NCBI GenBank assembly: GCA_016748015.1
Contig: JAAOMT010000531.1
Coordinates: forward strand, 434,001-498,000
Direction: 5' to 3'
Length of the DNA stretch: 64,000 bases
From: Geosiphon pyriformis uo1
Taxonomy: Eukaryota > Fungi > Glomeromycota
A program made the position numbers and the translations under genes. The notes beneath the pieces were generated by a model. That model had not been told where the DNA came from, ran no database searches, and worked only from the letters and a program-made list of their open reading frames with translations. This document shows, in pieces, positions 13,139 to 26,024 of the stretch (its first letter is position 1; each line of letters starts with the position of its first letter).

Positions 13139-14778
13139 ATGGCTTCGGAAAATGCTCAAGAATTGGCTCCTGTAGTGATCTCTTTTCCAACTAACAATAA
13201 AACAGAAGGTGTAAAATCAGTCGCGGACGGAACCGATGAAAAAGTCAAAATAAATAATTTTGTAAATGATGAGATAAAAAGCAAGGAAGAACCTTTTGAG
13301 GCAGGACCTGATTTCGAAGATAACTCGAAAGTACCAATATTAAGCTATCGGAAGATCTTCCTCATTTTTTTGGGTATTGGATTTCAAGCTTTCGGTGGTC
13401 CACTGGCACAAATTGCGCTTATTAAAGAAAAAATGGTGGTAAAGGGTGAATGGATCACGCTTGCTCGATTTAATAGAGTTTTTGCCGTGTATCAGGTATT
13501 AATTGAATTAATATTGATTGAATTTTTTAATTTTCTGTTAATATCAATTTTTCGTATATCAGATCATACCAGGACCAGAAGCTGCAGAACTTGCCATGTT
13601 TTTTGGGTGTTTAGCAGGAGGTCGAATTGGTGGACTGCTCGCTGGTCTTGGATTTATGCTGCCTGGCTTTACTCTTGTACTGTTATTCTCTTACGTTTAC
13701 GTCTTGGTTGGTGATAAGAATGAAAGGTTCAACGCTTCTTTTCGTGCTTTACAGCCTATCGTAGCTGCGATGGTTTTAAGAGCTGTTCATAAGATTAGTG
13801 ATCACGCATTGGTATCCCACAAAACAAAAAAATTAAATTATTGGTTATTTTCTTTTGCCTTTTTGGCCGCTATTCATTATGCCTTGCGAATTAATCTTTT
13901 TATTACATTGGGGATATTTGGGATCATGAATATGGCTATTGAAAAGAAAAAGCATTGGATTGCTGCCCTGATTTATTTACTTGGAATCATTGGATTCATC
14001 ATTTATGTTGTATTCAAGGGGATTCCGACCCCAGCCTCACTGGGAATTGGAGTTTCAAAAGAGCCAGATCCAGGCCATATATTCGCTTTGGGTTTGGTGG
14101 CTGGCAGTCTATCATTCGGTGGGGCATATGTAAGTTTGAAAAAAAAAAGATGGATTCAACTATCAAATGATTTTTCAGCGTGCTAATTATTATCTTTCGA
14201 TTTTTTTTACCGTTTGATTCTTGAAATAGACAACAATACCTTTCATCCGTGCGGAAGCTGTCACAATTGGAAAATGGTTATCACAACAAACGTTTCTTGA
14301 TATGATTGCAATTGGGAATATAATGCCATCTCCGTTAGTTGTTTTTTCAACTGGAATCGGTTTTCAGGCCGGCAATATTTGGGGTGGAATAGGTTACGCA
14401 TTTCTCGAGGCGTTTTTGATCACCATTGGAATATTTTTCCCTTGTTTCATCTTCACCATCATGGGCCATCATCTTCTCGAAAAACTGGTTCGCAATAAAT
14501 TTTTAGGGGCCTTTTTTGATGGAATTTCCGGCTCAGTTATCGGAATTATTGCCGGAACTGCTCTCGAATTGTTAAATACTTCGATCAAAACTTCAATCGT
14601 TTTAAGAAATGCAAATGACAGTGAGAAACCACTGCTAGCCGCTTCTGATAATGCAATGGCTGCTGTTCTTTATGTATTAACATTTGGGGCGTTATACGGA
14701 TTTAAATTCAAATACACTCCGCTGTTATTAACGATTGGGGGAGCCATTGCTGGACAGTTTTTATTTGTATCTAATTAA
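13139..14778 (+). CDS. Chromate ion transporter (CHR family, two-domain long form); exons 13139-13495, 13563-14129, 14230-14778
   Basis: GT-AG splicing joins ORFs 13139, 13596 and 14302 in frame: GFQAFGGPLAQIALIKEKMV...FAVYQ|IIPGPEAAELAMFFG and LSFGGAY|TTIPFIRAEAV...WLSQQTFLDMIAIGNIMPSP. These are the FGG and PGP/PSP signatures of the two CHR domains. Confidence 0.93.
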
Positions 14779-15453
14779 TGTAATTAAGAAGAAAAAAATT
14801 CACCAACTCGAAGAAGTGCCTGAATAGAAAGAATAATAGAAATAAGAGGCCTTTCGTAAAAAATATATATGTGCTCTCGATTAATCTAATCAATATGATC
14901 TTCAAGTTTCTGAAGCAATAAAATAATATATGATTTGAATTTTATTCAAAAATAGTTTTTCCAAAATATTTAAGAGTATCATTTAATGTCGAAATATCTT
15001 GTTTATCGAGGAAATTTTTAACACATTCAAAAATAAAAGTTAAAAAGGAATTATTATTATTATTATTATTATTTTAAATTGATACATTAAGGTGTCAGGT
15101 TATATAAAACAAATTTATCTTTTTACATTCTGAATTCAAAGGATATTTAGTTTAAACTGCCTGAGATTAATTTGATTCAATTCATCATACTCTATTACAG
15201 AATACTTTTTTTTTACGCCTCTTGAGAAGTTAGAGAGTAATGGTGGTAACAATGGCAGCAAAATTTGTCACGTTACCGACCTCTTTCCAAAAAAGGCCGA
15301 CGCGTAAATGTTACCTCTGATTCGCACAACCTCCTATTAATTCTCACCACTACCCATTTTGTCTTTTCACTTAAAGTCCTGGGGGATAATTTTTTCTCAT
15401 GATACTTTAATAACAGTGCTACAATGTAGAAAAAAGTTAATTTCTAGCATGGC

Positions 15454-15627
15454 CTCCTGCATTTATACAAGCCTGAACGTGACCAGGAATGCTGGAAATA
15501 TTAAAAAGAATTACCATTTCCGGAAGGTTTGCCCACCCTTCTTCCACCAGCCCGAGATATGCTTTAAAAACACCCCAATGCGACTAAAGTTTGGGTTATA
15601 TGATGGTCATGGGAGAAACACGACATC
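15454..15627 (+). repeat. Dispersed direct repeat, copy 2, in the proximal upstream region of the oxidoreductase gene
   Basis: Homologous to 2989-3167; it ends about 110 bp before the ATG at 15738. Confidence 0.8.
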
Positions 15628-15737
15628 ATGCATGTCATTGGCTGCAGCCAAAAATAATAAGTAAGAGTTTGGTTTCTTTTTCTATTCTTATATCAGAAAA
15701 ATGGCTTTTAAAACTTTTTTTTGACAAAAAATCAACC

Positions 15738-18452
15738 ATGACTTCTTATACAACCTCGTCATCTGTGCAAACTCATGTATTAGGAAAAGATTCGCAGGCC
15801 ACGCCTTCATTCGTTTCTCTTCTTGAACTGAAGATAGAGAAGCCAGCTCCACCCAAAAATCCCATTACAATAGCGATAATTGGTGCAGGGGAGCGGTAAA
15901 TTTTCAATTAGTAATCTCTATAATTTAGTTATTTCCATTCAGAAATCTCAGGTTTGATTTAAACAAAGTGGTAAAGGCTATGCATATTACGCCTATGCTC
16001 ACCCAGATTGGCTAAAGGTTGTTTCGGTAGCCGAGCCCAACGAATTCAGAAGAAATGCTATGAAGGAGGTTGCAAAATATGAAAATTCTAGTTTCCTGAT
16101 ATAAATATGATTGACAAATGCAATTTATTAAACCTGATTCTATGATTTTAGCGATATAAAATCCCTGATGAGAATGTGTTCACTGACTGGGTTGAGGTTG
16201 GTTTTCTATCTCAAGTTTATCCTGTTAACGTGTGTAAATTTTGAATTTTTCGCATCGAACCCTAGTTAGCGAATCGACCGAAATTATGCGATGCCATAGT
16301 AATTGCAACCTTGGAGCATATGCATGCTGAACCGACTGTGCTATTTTCAAACCTTGGCTACCATATTTTGCTCGAAAAACCAATGGCCAACACTATTGAG
16401 GATTGTCGTAGAATCACAGAAGCTGCTATCAGGAATCAGGTTAGCACGATCTTTTGACTATTTTTTTTCAACGACTAATTTTTATCAAGTATTTTCTATT
16501 TGCTAGATTACATTTGCCGTGGGTAGGATGATTTATGAACAAATTCACTTTACTGTTTAGCCTAAGAAATTAATTGAATTTTCATTTGAAATTGAGGTCA
16601 TGTGCTTCGATATACTGCACACAACAAGCTCATTAAACGTATTATAGAAAAAGGGTTGCTAGGAAAAATTATCAACATTCAACATATGGAGCCAGTCGGA
16701 TTTTGGCATTTTGCACATTCGGTGAGATGTCAGCCCTCTAGGATTATATATTCTAAAGATCGTCGCTTTAATTCAGACTAAAAACTAACAATAGTAATTA
16801 CAAATTATTAGTATGTTCGAGGAAATTGGAGAAATGAAAAAGATTCGTGTTTTTCGCTTATGACAAAGGTCAGCTGGGAGACTTGTGCTTTATTGTTTGT
16901 CAAAAAATCCGAGTATTTTGGAGCTTCAATTCAGTGAGAATTTGTAATTTTTATTTTTAGTGTTGTCATGATATAGGTAACGCAATTAATAGTTTGAAAT
17001 CAATGATTTTTTAAGATGTTATAATGAAGATTTCAAAATTTCAAGATCTTGTGGCGCATTGGGTTGACTCACCGTGTTTGGTTAGTCCAAAAATTTTTGA
17101 TATGCTTGCTGGAAAAACCTTCATTAATTAGTTCGTTCACTTAATATTGCAGCGTATAAGCTCCTTTGGAAATTTGACCCATTTTCATCAGAGTAATAAA
17201 CCAAAAGAGGCTGGAGATGCAAAGTATCATTACAGATTGAAATAATAATAACAAAATGAGTTGACATACCTTTTTTCCCGCTCATTGATATATGTTGAAT
17301 TTATTAATAATGTAAAGGCGATGTCTTGAATGTGCAGCAGAGCCTTCATGCCCTTATTCCGCGAAAAAAATTTACCTGAATCAAGCGAAACGTGGAAATT
17401 GGTCTTGGCCTGTGAGCGTAGTTACAGACGTAACTGGTCAGTTATTGTTTTCAAAACAATACTTTTTTGAAGCTCTGTTTAAAATGAATTGTCACTTCTC
17501 TAGATATTGAAAATATTTCATCGGCCTTACAAAATGGACCATATGGACGTTGTGTCTATGAATGTGATAACGATGTTGCAGACCATCAGGTTTAACATTT
17601 TATCAAAATTTTAAAAAATGTGATTTATGATTTCTAAAGTTTTCATCCAGAGCTTTTCATTTCCAAAACCAATAAGATCGTGAGCATGGAATTCGCAAAT
17701 GGTGCCACTGTTTCAGTTACAATGATTGCATTCACGGAATCCATTTGTGCTAGAAAGGTAGCTTCTGATGTTTAAGAGAGGGGTTAAGGTTTTAACCATG
17801 ATTTAATGCTAACTCTTTAACAATCATCCAATTTCTTATCAAAGACTAGGTAATTTCAATTTTAATTTCATTTTTCAAAAAAAAAGATAGTCTCTTCATA
17901 AAATTACATTCCAAAAAGGATTTTCGGTACGTTGGGCGAATTGGAATGTGATGACGTAAAGGGAATCCGATTTTTCGATTTTTTAACTCAAAGGCGAGAA
18001 AATATGAATCCTAGTAGTTTGTTAGGTGTGACAGAGTTAAGTGGCCACGGTTAGTTGCCAATCCCCTGTTCCAAAGCCTTTTTCGATGATTTTTAAATGT
18101 CTAATCTTTAGATTTGTTAATAAAATCAGGTGGAGGTGATTTCGGACTCATGGAATCATTTGTTCAGGCTGTATCAGCCAGAATCACAAAGGGAAATTCA
18201 GATTCAGGATCTTTTATTCAATCTAGCGCCGAGGAGACTTTCAGTAAAAATACGAATTTATTTTCAAATTCTTTTGAGGATTTAAAAATGCAATATTTGC
18301 CTTAACCATGTCTATATTTATTAGAATCACATTTATACGTATTTGCTGCCGAACACGCTCGAAGATCGGGAAAGGTTGTTGATGTTGAAGAGTTTAAGCG
18401 TGAACATGGAATAAAGGGAGTACCACTTGAATTGAAAAAACCTTTTATTTGA
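15738..18452 (+). CDS. Gfo/Idh/MocA-family NAD(P)-dependent oxidoreductase (YteT-like), 17 exons
   Basis: Manual GT-AG splicing gives IAIIGAGER|GKGY...[12 protein letters not shown]...[10 protein letters not shown]...|ITFAVG|HVLRY...HFAHS|YVRGNWRNE...LMTK|CCHDID|LVAHW...CPYSAKKIY...[18 protein letters not shown]|IVSMEFANG...CARK|TR|IFGTLGEL...GHG|[11 protein letters not shown]...[12 protein letters not shown]...KPFI*. Rossmann GAG, EKP and HDID motifs are present; the stop is TGA at 18450-18452. Confidence 0.93.
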
Positions 18453-19809
18453 TCTCAATGAATTTGGACAAATAATAATTAGTAAATAAATGCGCTAAAT
18501 TTTTGCAATTAGGAAAACAAATTTATTTATTATTTATTTATTTAAATGCTTCGAGAGAGTGATATTAGGGTGTAATAAAATTCACGATTTTTATGGAGAA
18601 TTTTCATATCTAACGAAACCCATGACAATTATCTCTTTAGCCCTTTTCGTAAAAGACAACTATTTGAAATATAGCCATTTTTTAATTTTAAATAACATCA
18701 TACTCTTATACCAAAACTATTTAGGCAATAAATATAATTTTTTTTTCATAAATAAATGTTAATAATCGCCTTTGATGCTTCAAGAACCGAAAGTATTTTT
18801 GTATAAAAAAATATGATAGAATACTTTGATTATCAATTTAAAGAAAAAAACCAATTTTAAAATAGCTGGAAATTTTGAACCTCCAAAATTAAATTGAGGC
18901 AGAAGAAAGTTTATTTCTAAAACTTGAATATACCGGCAAATTGTGAATGAAAAGTTTACTTCTTAAATGAATGGGAAATAATTTGAATTAGAAAAGAATA
19001 AGGAGTGCTAAGAGATGAACTAACTGATCAAGAGATAGATTGAGTTACGCAAAAGACTACCAACTAACAATATCCCAAGTTCTTTCCGGGTCAAGAATTC
19101 AATAAGTTTAAAATTTTACCCACTTCACGAATTCCATTATGTGCGAGCAACTAAGGGAACTGTCAATATCCGAACTCCTTTAACCTTTCTGGATTACTGA
19201 ATGAGATAATTAGTTTTGGTGGCGGGGTAGTCTTTATTCCGGTTAACAATCCCGACTTCTACCGATCGCTAAGGGACCTTTGATAACCAATATCTTTTAT
19301 AAATTTTTCCTTTGATTTTTTTCAAATATCAATTTTAATATCATTACATGACGTTTTTACTTTTGCAAAAATAAATATATATATATATTTTTAGTTTAGT
19401 TAATTGGATAATTTTGTTTATTTTTGTATGTTCACCATAACTTGGTGCCTTTTGTTCCTTACAACATTCCTACCCACCTAAAAATTCACAATTTTTTTCG
19501 TAATAAAATTAGATAGTTAGATTAAGACTTGGCATTGCATTTATTATTTTTAGAAGTAATTTGGAATGACCTTTAAATTGTAAAAAAAAATTTTCTGTTT
19601 GAATTAATATTGGAAAACCTTGAAATACTTAGCTATTATAAATAAATTATAATATTACAAAGTTAAAACAAGAAGCTTTTTTGTTCCTTAAATACTTTCA
19701 TGTTGAAAGAAAATCAAAGTAAAAAATTAATTTTATCAACACAAGATTTAAAGCCCAAGGAAAGGCTAATACTTGAGATAAAATACTTTTCGTGGAGTTA
19801 GCCTTATAT

Positions 19810-20650
19810 CCATGTTCCGGTCATATTGTTGTTGACAAGAAAATTTTAATAGACAAATCTCAAAACTGTTTATCCCCTTTTGAGTAAATGCAATGTCCAT
19901 TGCACTGCCTTTTGAAACTTTCTGATTAAAAAGAATTTGATATTGGAAGTTTACAAATGTTTCAAAGAAATTCAGAATTACGCCTAATGTTAAGGTTGAA
20001 TTTGGAATCTCAATGAAAGAAGAGCGTGGCCGCTTTTTTTGGTGTGACTTTTCTGCTTGGAACTTTTACTAAACAAGATTTCATTCATCAACTTTTTTGT
20101 ACGTTGAAGTGATTGATATGAAAGATAAGCAGCTTAAACCTTAACCATATCTATTCTTTCTTTAATAGGATTCCTTTTGAAAGTTTTACCGATATTAAAC
20201 TCCTAGATGGGAGCGGGTTTGCAAAGGTTTCTCAGCTCTTTGCTAATACTTTGATTCCTTAATATTTGGGAAAAAGGAGTTACAAAACATCAATCATCAA
20301 TCTAGGTTATAGTACCCTACTATTGGTAATATTAACGAAAATACATGTACTGATGCTATTCTTTGCAATCATATTAAAATGAAATGCATTGGAACGAATT
20401 GGGTATTAAATTGTTTTCTCCGAAATATTATTAAATGAAATAACCGCTGTTTATTATTTAAAAAAGATCTTGTCTCAATTGCTGACTTAGCCATAAGTAA
20501 ACCGGCAAACGATTTATGACCTTAAAGTTGTACTAAAAGGGAGATCATTACATTTTCGTGTCTGACGTTTATCCTTATAGCTTTTGGCATTATCATCAGC
20601 CCCATTTGCCGATCGTCAATATGACATCGTTAACATTACATCTCCCCATG
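19810..20650 (+). pseudogene. Decayed TKL-type protein kinase
   Basis: Fragments occur in kinase order: SGHIVVDKKILIDKSQNCLSP (~19816), IPFESFTDIKLLDGSGFAKVS (20170, Gly loop), VSIADLAISKPAND (~20471, DLG-like), VLKGR..SDVY..GII and PFADRQYD (~20602). They are interrupted by stops, frameshifts and deletions. Confidence 0.75.
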
Positions 20651-22475
20651 ATTCTTTAACTAGAAGTAAAGCTAAACATTATTTGTAGAATTTTGGGGTC
20701 CCAATCCTATAATTAGCTTTGAATGTTTTAATTAAATTATGATTTAATCAAATATTTACATTGTTTTTGTTTTAAATTCACATTTTAATATCTATGAGAC
20801 CAAAAAATATTTACCAATAAATAAAACAACTTAATTATTCCAATCTTAGAAAACAAATAATTTCTTAATTCGGCTTCAAGAACTTTCCCAAAAATTGGTC
20901 CTTTCCTAGACAAATTTTACCATTTTCAATAATATTTATTAATATTCTATATTCTATGTATAAGGAGTGTCGTTTTACCCGTGCGAATTGTTGTCAGTAT
21001 GCTAGATAATGAAATGCATGCAGAGTTTGGAATGCATTTTTGTCTTCCTCAGTACCTGATATGTAGATAGAATGGTGAGGAAAAGTCATATTTCTTTAAC
21101 TTAAAAGAGTTTCAAAAGCAGAAAATCAAAATTTCTCATTTTTTGACATCATTGTGATCGCATACCAGAAATGTAAAATATCACTTCGAAAACGTAAATG
21201 ATTATATTCCTATTTGATTCATTAACACAAATCCCTTTTTCATGCATGGCGTCCTGGAACTAAAGAAAACCTTTTGAGTTCATGCATGACGTTGTCGAAC
21301 CTCATAATAAAGGCCCTATCAATTACATTCTAAGCCCAAAATCTCTTTTGATTTTAACTTTGACTAAACTAAGTTTATTTTGAAAATCATCTAACTTGAT
21401 TCAAGCAAAGCATTGGTTTCTCTGAAAATCGAAATTTAATACGTAATCTTAATCTCATGACATTGCCCTTCCGGTTATGACAAAGTTTTGTATCGAAATG
21501 ACACAATGAAGTTATAAACGCGTTTTCCAGAGCTTCTTTTAATTGACCTGCATTTATGCACAAAAATACGCCTTATAAAGTTACTCTTTTCCATGAGGAT
21601 CAAGAGATAATAGGTTTTCATAAGGTGATTGTTCTCGCAAAACTCTATTGCAAAGGTTGGATGATTTTTTTTACAAAGGAAATGTGCATGGCATCACTTG
21701 TTTCATAAGCACTATAGTGTATGAGGGCAAAACCAATGAAATCATAACTTTATAGAAAACTTTTTGACGGAGAAAATCTCAAAGTGTAAGAAATTGCAAC
21801 AACAAAAAATTCATAAAGCAATTCTGGTTGGAGAAGAGGCACTTGTATAAGAATATTGAAACAAGAATATGAACCCTTTTTTCTTGAACATCTATTATGA
21901 ATGCTACGATGCAGCTGTCAAACTTGCATTGCCTTTGAGTTTAAATATGAAAACTCAATTTTATTAAAATTTAATCTGCCTTTCCCTGGACAGCTATACA
22001 TATCTTAATAAGTTAAAATTGAACATAGAAATAATTTTCTAATTTTTAATATCTCTCTTCAACTGCATGCATCTGTAATGCAATGTCGGTACTCCTATAG
22101 TTGACAACAAAAACTCATAAGATCAGCTATGCGTGAAAATGCTTCCCTGGTTTAACTTATGTTTCAGTGAGATACTAGACCTTCAACAACGAATTTCTAG
22201 ATCCATTTTCGGACTAAACCGACACTCTTTAGTGATCAACAAGTACTTTTTATCAGTAATGTGATGAATCCATATTTTTAAGCATGAATGACATCAGAGG
22301 ACGCCTAACCCTAACCCCATTGAACTGAGGCTCTCTGACATTTTTATATATAAAGGGTACTTCAAGAAAGCTTGGAAAAAACTTTAGGAATCCATTTTAT
22401 TCATTTCGAGATTTCACTTATTTGTTCGGGTCAAAGTAAAATATCCTTAGAAATGCAGTAAAATTCCTCACTCAC

Positions 22476-22552
22476 CATCCTCCTACTCCTACTCCTCCTA
22501 CTCCTCCTACTCCTCCTACTCCTCCTACTCCTCCTACTCCTCCTCCTCCCCT
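22476..22552. repeat. (CTCCTCCTA)n 9-bp minisatellite
   Basis: Directly visible C/T-rich tandem array. Confidence 0.9.
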
Positions 22553-22618
22553 CATTTTAATCATGATCCTTCCGAGAATTTCCTTTTTATGATGACTTTT
22601 TAGTCCTCATGTCGTTCG

Positions 22619-22697
22619 GTGTGCGGTTTCTGAATCATAGCGAAAAAATCCAAAATGATCTACTGGAGGTTTTCGAACTGATTCCGAAACCGCACAC
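22619..22697. other. 79-nt inverted repeat/hairpin (34-bp stem, 28 Watson-Crick pairs, 11-nt loop)
   Basis: gtgtgcggtttctgaatca (22619-22637) pairs 18/19 with tgattccgaaaccgcacac (22679-22697). The inner cgaaaa..tcca pairs with tgga..ttttcg. Confidence 0.85.
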
Positions 22698-25635
22698 ATT
22701 TCGGTACTTAATTTCATTCGAACATTTCAAAACAAGCCACTTGACATTTTTTTTTTATCTCGTTAAATCTACTCGTATAAACTCAAATTCTATTTTGCAT
22801 TTTGATTCTTTTAACCGATTGTATTATTCTCCACCGAAATAATTTTCGAAAAAATTAACGTTTTTCGTTTGAGACCTTTTCTCAAATTCCTCGCGATGCT
22901 TGACCTTATTCACGATGAATAGTCAATAGCATAAATTACCGAAACATTTGGAGTTGATCTCCCATAATTATCAAATACTCTGGGTCTTGATCTAAGGATG
23001 TTACGTTGTCGGTGAAATATTAAATAGATGGTACTAAACCAAACGAACCGATGACGGACCATTTGATCATGATTTATAAAAGGTAATTTTAGAGTAATAA
23101 TTTCACTGATGAGAGATTTTGATTATTTTTGAGGTTAAATCTAACTAAATACCAAAATGATATAAGCCGCGTGTTGAGATCTATCTCCCGTCAATATCAA
23201 CCAATGCATTCGTTTTGCACCTATCTGAACAATAAAATTTGCTCATTCGAATGGCGAATAAAAATCTTAATTATCGAAGAAAATATTAAATAAATTTCTA
23301 GAAAAGAAATTCAGAAGAAAATGGTACTTTTAATGAACAATCGTTGAAATTTATATCTCAAGAAAAAAATCAATAGTTTTTTTAATAGTTCAAGAAACTA
23401 ATTGTTTAAAATATAGTTTCGGATAGTTTTTTTTTTTATTTTTTTATTTTTTTAATCTTGATATTATTAATAAAAAATATACTTTATTTTATTTTTCTAA
23501 AAACCTGAGAATATTTTTACAGGGTGAAACTTTTGATAAGAGTTGAAAAATAATTTTTTGAATTTAAAAAATAATATTTATACTGCATTGTCAATTATAA
23601 TTTGAAGTAATTTATTTTTCTCTATTAAAATTGATCTTTGGAAAAAAAATTATCATGATAAAAATTGTTAACAACGTAACGAGTATACAAAACACTTGGA
23701 TTTGAAGATAAAATTTTTATGTGTGATACCAAGTCGAATAATATTTTATATACCAAATTTTTAATTAATGTTCTTTAATAAGTTAAAATTAAATTAAATT
23801 CAAAAAACATTTTATTAAAAAAAAACTTGATAAAAAAATCTACTAAAATTTTAAAAATATTTTAGAAAAATTTTAAAATGAAAAAAAAATTTATGTTTCT
23901 TTAAATTCTATTTAAATAGTTTATGAGTTAAGATTTATATATTTATATTAATATTAATATTGATATTTTGAAATAGTCAAAATTTTAAATGGTTCGTTTT
24001 ATTTATTTATTTATTTATTTATTTTTTGGTCCCTTTTAAGAAAAATTTTAATTGATGAAATCGTAAATTTTTATTGGAGTTTTATATAATTTAAAGAATT
24101 AATGTTTTGATTTATTAATAATGATAATTAAAACTGTATTCCAAGTTCAAATTTTAAAAACGTTAAAAATTATTGCAATAAAAGACCATTGATCATTATT
24201 TTAAATCAGCTCCCTAATTTTTAGTTCCCCTTAAATGTACTTTGAAAATCATGCTTAAAAAAAAACAATTACTTTCTAGACTAATCTTTTTTAAGGTTGG
24301 CAAAGAATCTAACGGGGGTTAGCCAAAGTCATATTTAAAAAGGCGAATTACTTTGTAATAAAGATATTAACACGCTGTGCACGCCTATGAAATCTGGGAA
24401 TGGTTAGAAAAAGTTCCAAATATAAACTTTTTCTCAAGTATTTAATTAAAAATTTACTAGACTAAAATTGAAAAGTGCAATCTCTATATTTTTGAAGTTG
24501 ATTTATGAACATAAAACCTATATTTAAAGTTTTTTAAAAGTAATTTAAGTTTCCTATAAAAATTTTCCACTTTTTTCATATGAAACCAGTTTTAAAATTT
24601 TTGTGTAAGATTTTAAAAATCCAAATAATTTTACTTTTCATAACAAATCTAAATAATATTCTTTTTAGTTGAAGACTCGTTTCTTTCTTTATGTTGGTAC
24701 TTTCGAATTTAATTCGAATCTCATGATAGTAACATGAAATTCTCTGCTAGTCACGTAGTTAAAACTTATTATTCTAAAAAATTTAAGATTGAATTCAAAT
24801 TTCAAAAACAAAATACATTGGCCCGACAACTTTTTTTAATATTTGTAATTATCACATAATGCTTCCTAGGCAATACCATTTAAGATCCCTCAAATATGTA
24901 ATAGTTTTCCGAAATATCTCACTTGACCAAAATAAATTTTCTAATGTCCAGTTTTATTTATTTTCTGGTTTAAAATGTTTTAAAGTTTTTATTATATAAC
25001 TGGTATCTCCGGTCTCATCTACTTTCCGAGATTGCAACATTAAAGGTTCAAATCTTTGATCTTCCTTTTTCTAATCAAATTCCCTTTTGAGTTCTGTTTC
25101 CTTTAACAATTTGAAGGTCTTTGTTTATTCTAAACCAGATATCATTTAAGAGATGATTAAACAGGACCGACTAAAAAACTATGATGACGACGCTGTTCTT
25201 TTAAAATTTAGTGTCATCTAAGAACGCAATGGAAAATTAAAAGTTTCCCCCAAATTTAATGAATTTTCAAAGTCTTAGATATGACCACTAGTGACAACAA
25301 TTGATTATAACATGTTCCATATTGCTAAAATCTGACTTTTTAGCAAATATTTGGAAAAAATTCCTCTTTCAGGTAAGTGAATAAAATAATATCAGCTGCC
25401 TATAAGTTTTTATTGAAATCCCTTTTTAAATGAATGATAAAAACTATTTTCTATTTATGAAATAAAATAATGCATATTTTTTCTAATCTATAAGCTTCTT
25501 TTTTTGTACCGAAAAGATATGGCTAACTATAAAAAATCAAGCTCAGATAGAATTACATTCCTCAAATAGTAAAAGAACCTGATAGAGAAAAAAGGTGATT
25601 TGACGTTCGGACCTCGTCAAATAAGGAATTAAAGA

Positions 25636-25680
25636 AGGTTACATAGGTACATTTCAGGTTACATAGGTACATTTCAGGTT
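25636..25680. repeat. 20-bp tandem duplication just past the secreted-peptide stop codon
   Basis: aggttacataggtacatttc occurs twice. Confidence 0.9.
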
Positions 25681-25685
25681 TGACC

Positions 25686-26024
25686 TCAAAGTTTTCTTAT
25701 CTCGAGAAAAAAACTTTTACTTGGTGTAAACGATGGTTTTTGGGGCTTTTTTGCGATTTTATTACGATTATTATTTCCGATTGTTTCGCCATTGTTGCTT
25801 CCAACCGTATCACCATTGTTATTTCCAATCCTATTGCCATTATTGTTTCCAACGTTGCTTCCAACGTTTCCGTTGCCAAACCCATTCCCGTATCCGGCAT
25901 TCTTATTTGTAATGACAATAGGATTTGAAATGACTGGAATCGGAGAGCCTTTTGAGAGGCTTAACAGAAATGAGAAAACGAAGAAAAGGAGGACTATAAT
26001 AGATAGGGAAAGTGTATGGTACAT
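25686..26024 (-). CDS. Small secreted Gly/Asn-rich octapeptide-repeat protein, copy A
   Basis: 112 aa. Signal peptide MYHTLSLSIIVLLFFVFSFLLSLSKG|SPIP, then repeats VGNNNGNR IGNNNGDT VGSNNGET IGNNNRNK and a basic tail. The paralog at 35382-35714 differs by many synonymous changes. Confidence 0.8.
   Translation of the reverse strand: MYHTLSLSIIVLLFFVFSFLLSLSKGSPIPVISNPIVITNKNAGYGNGFGNGNVGSNVGNNNGNRIGNNNGDTVGSNNGETIGNNNRNKIAKKPQKPSFTPSKSFFLEIRKL

Noticed and set aside
19052-19235. aaagactacc...ggtagtcttt 10-bp inverted pair as MITE ends
   Set aside because: The match is short, single-copy in the window, and has no clear target-site duplication.
25860-25905. AGYGNG as a bacterial ice-nucleation (AGYGSTxT) repeat
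   Set aside because: There is one partial match, no TxT motifs, and the protein is far too short for InaZ homology.
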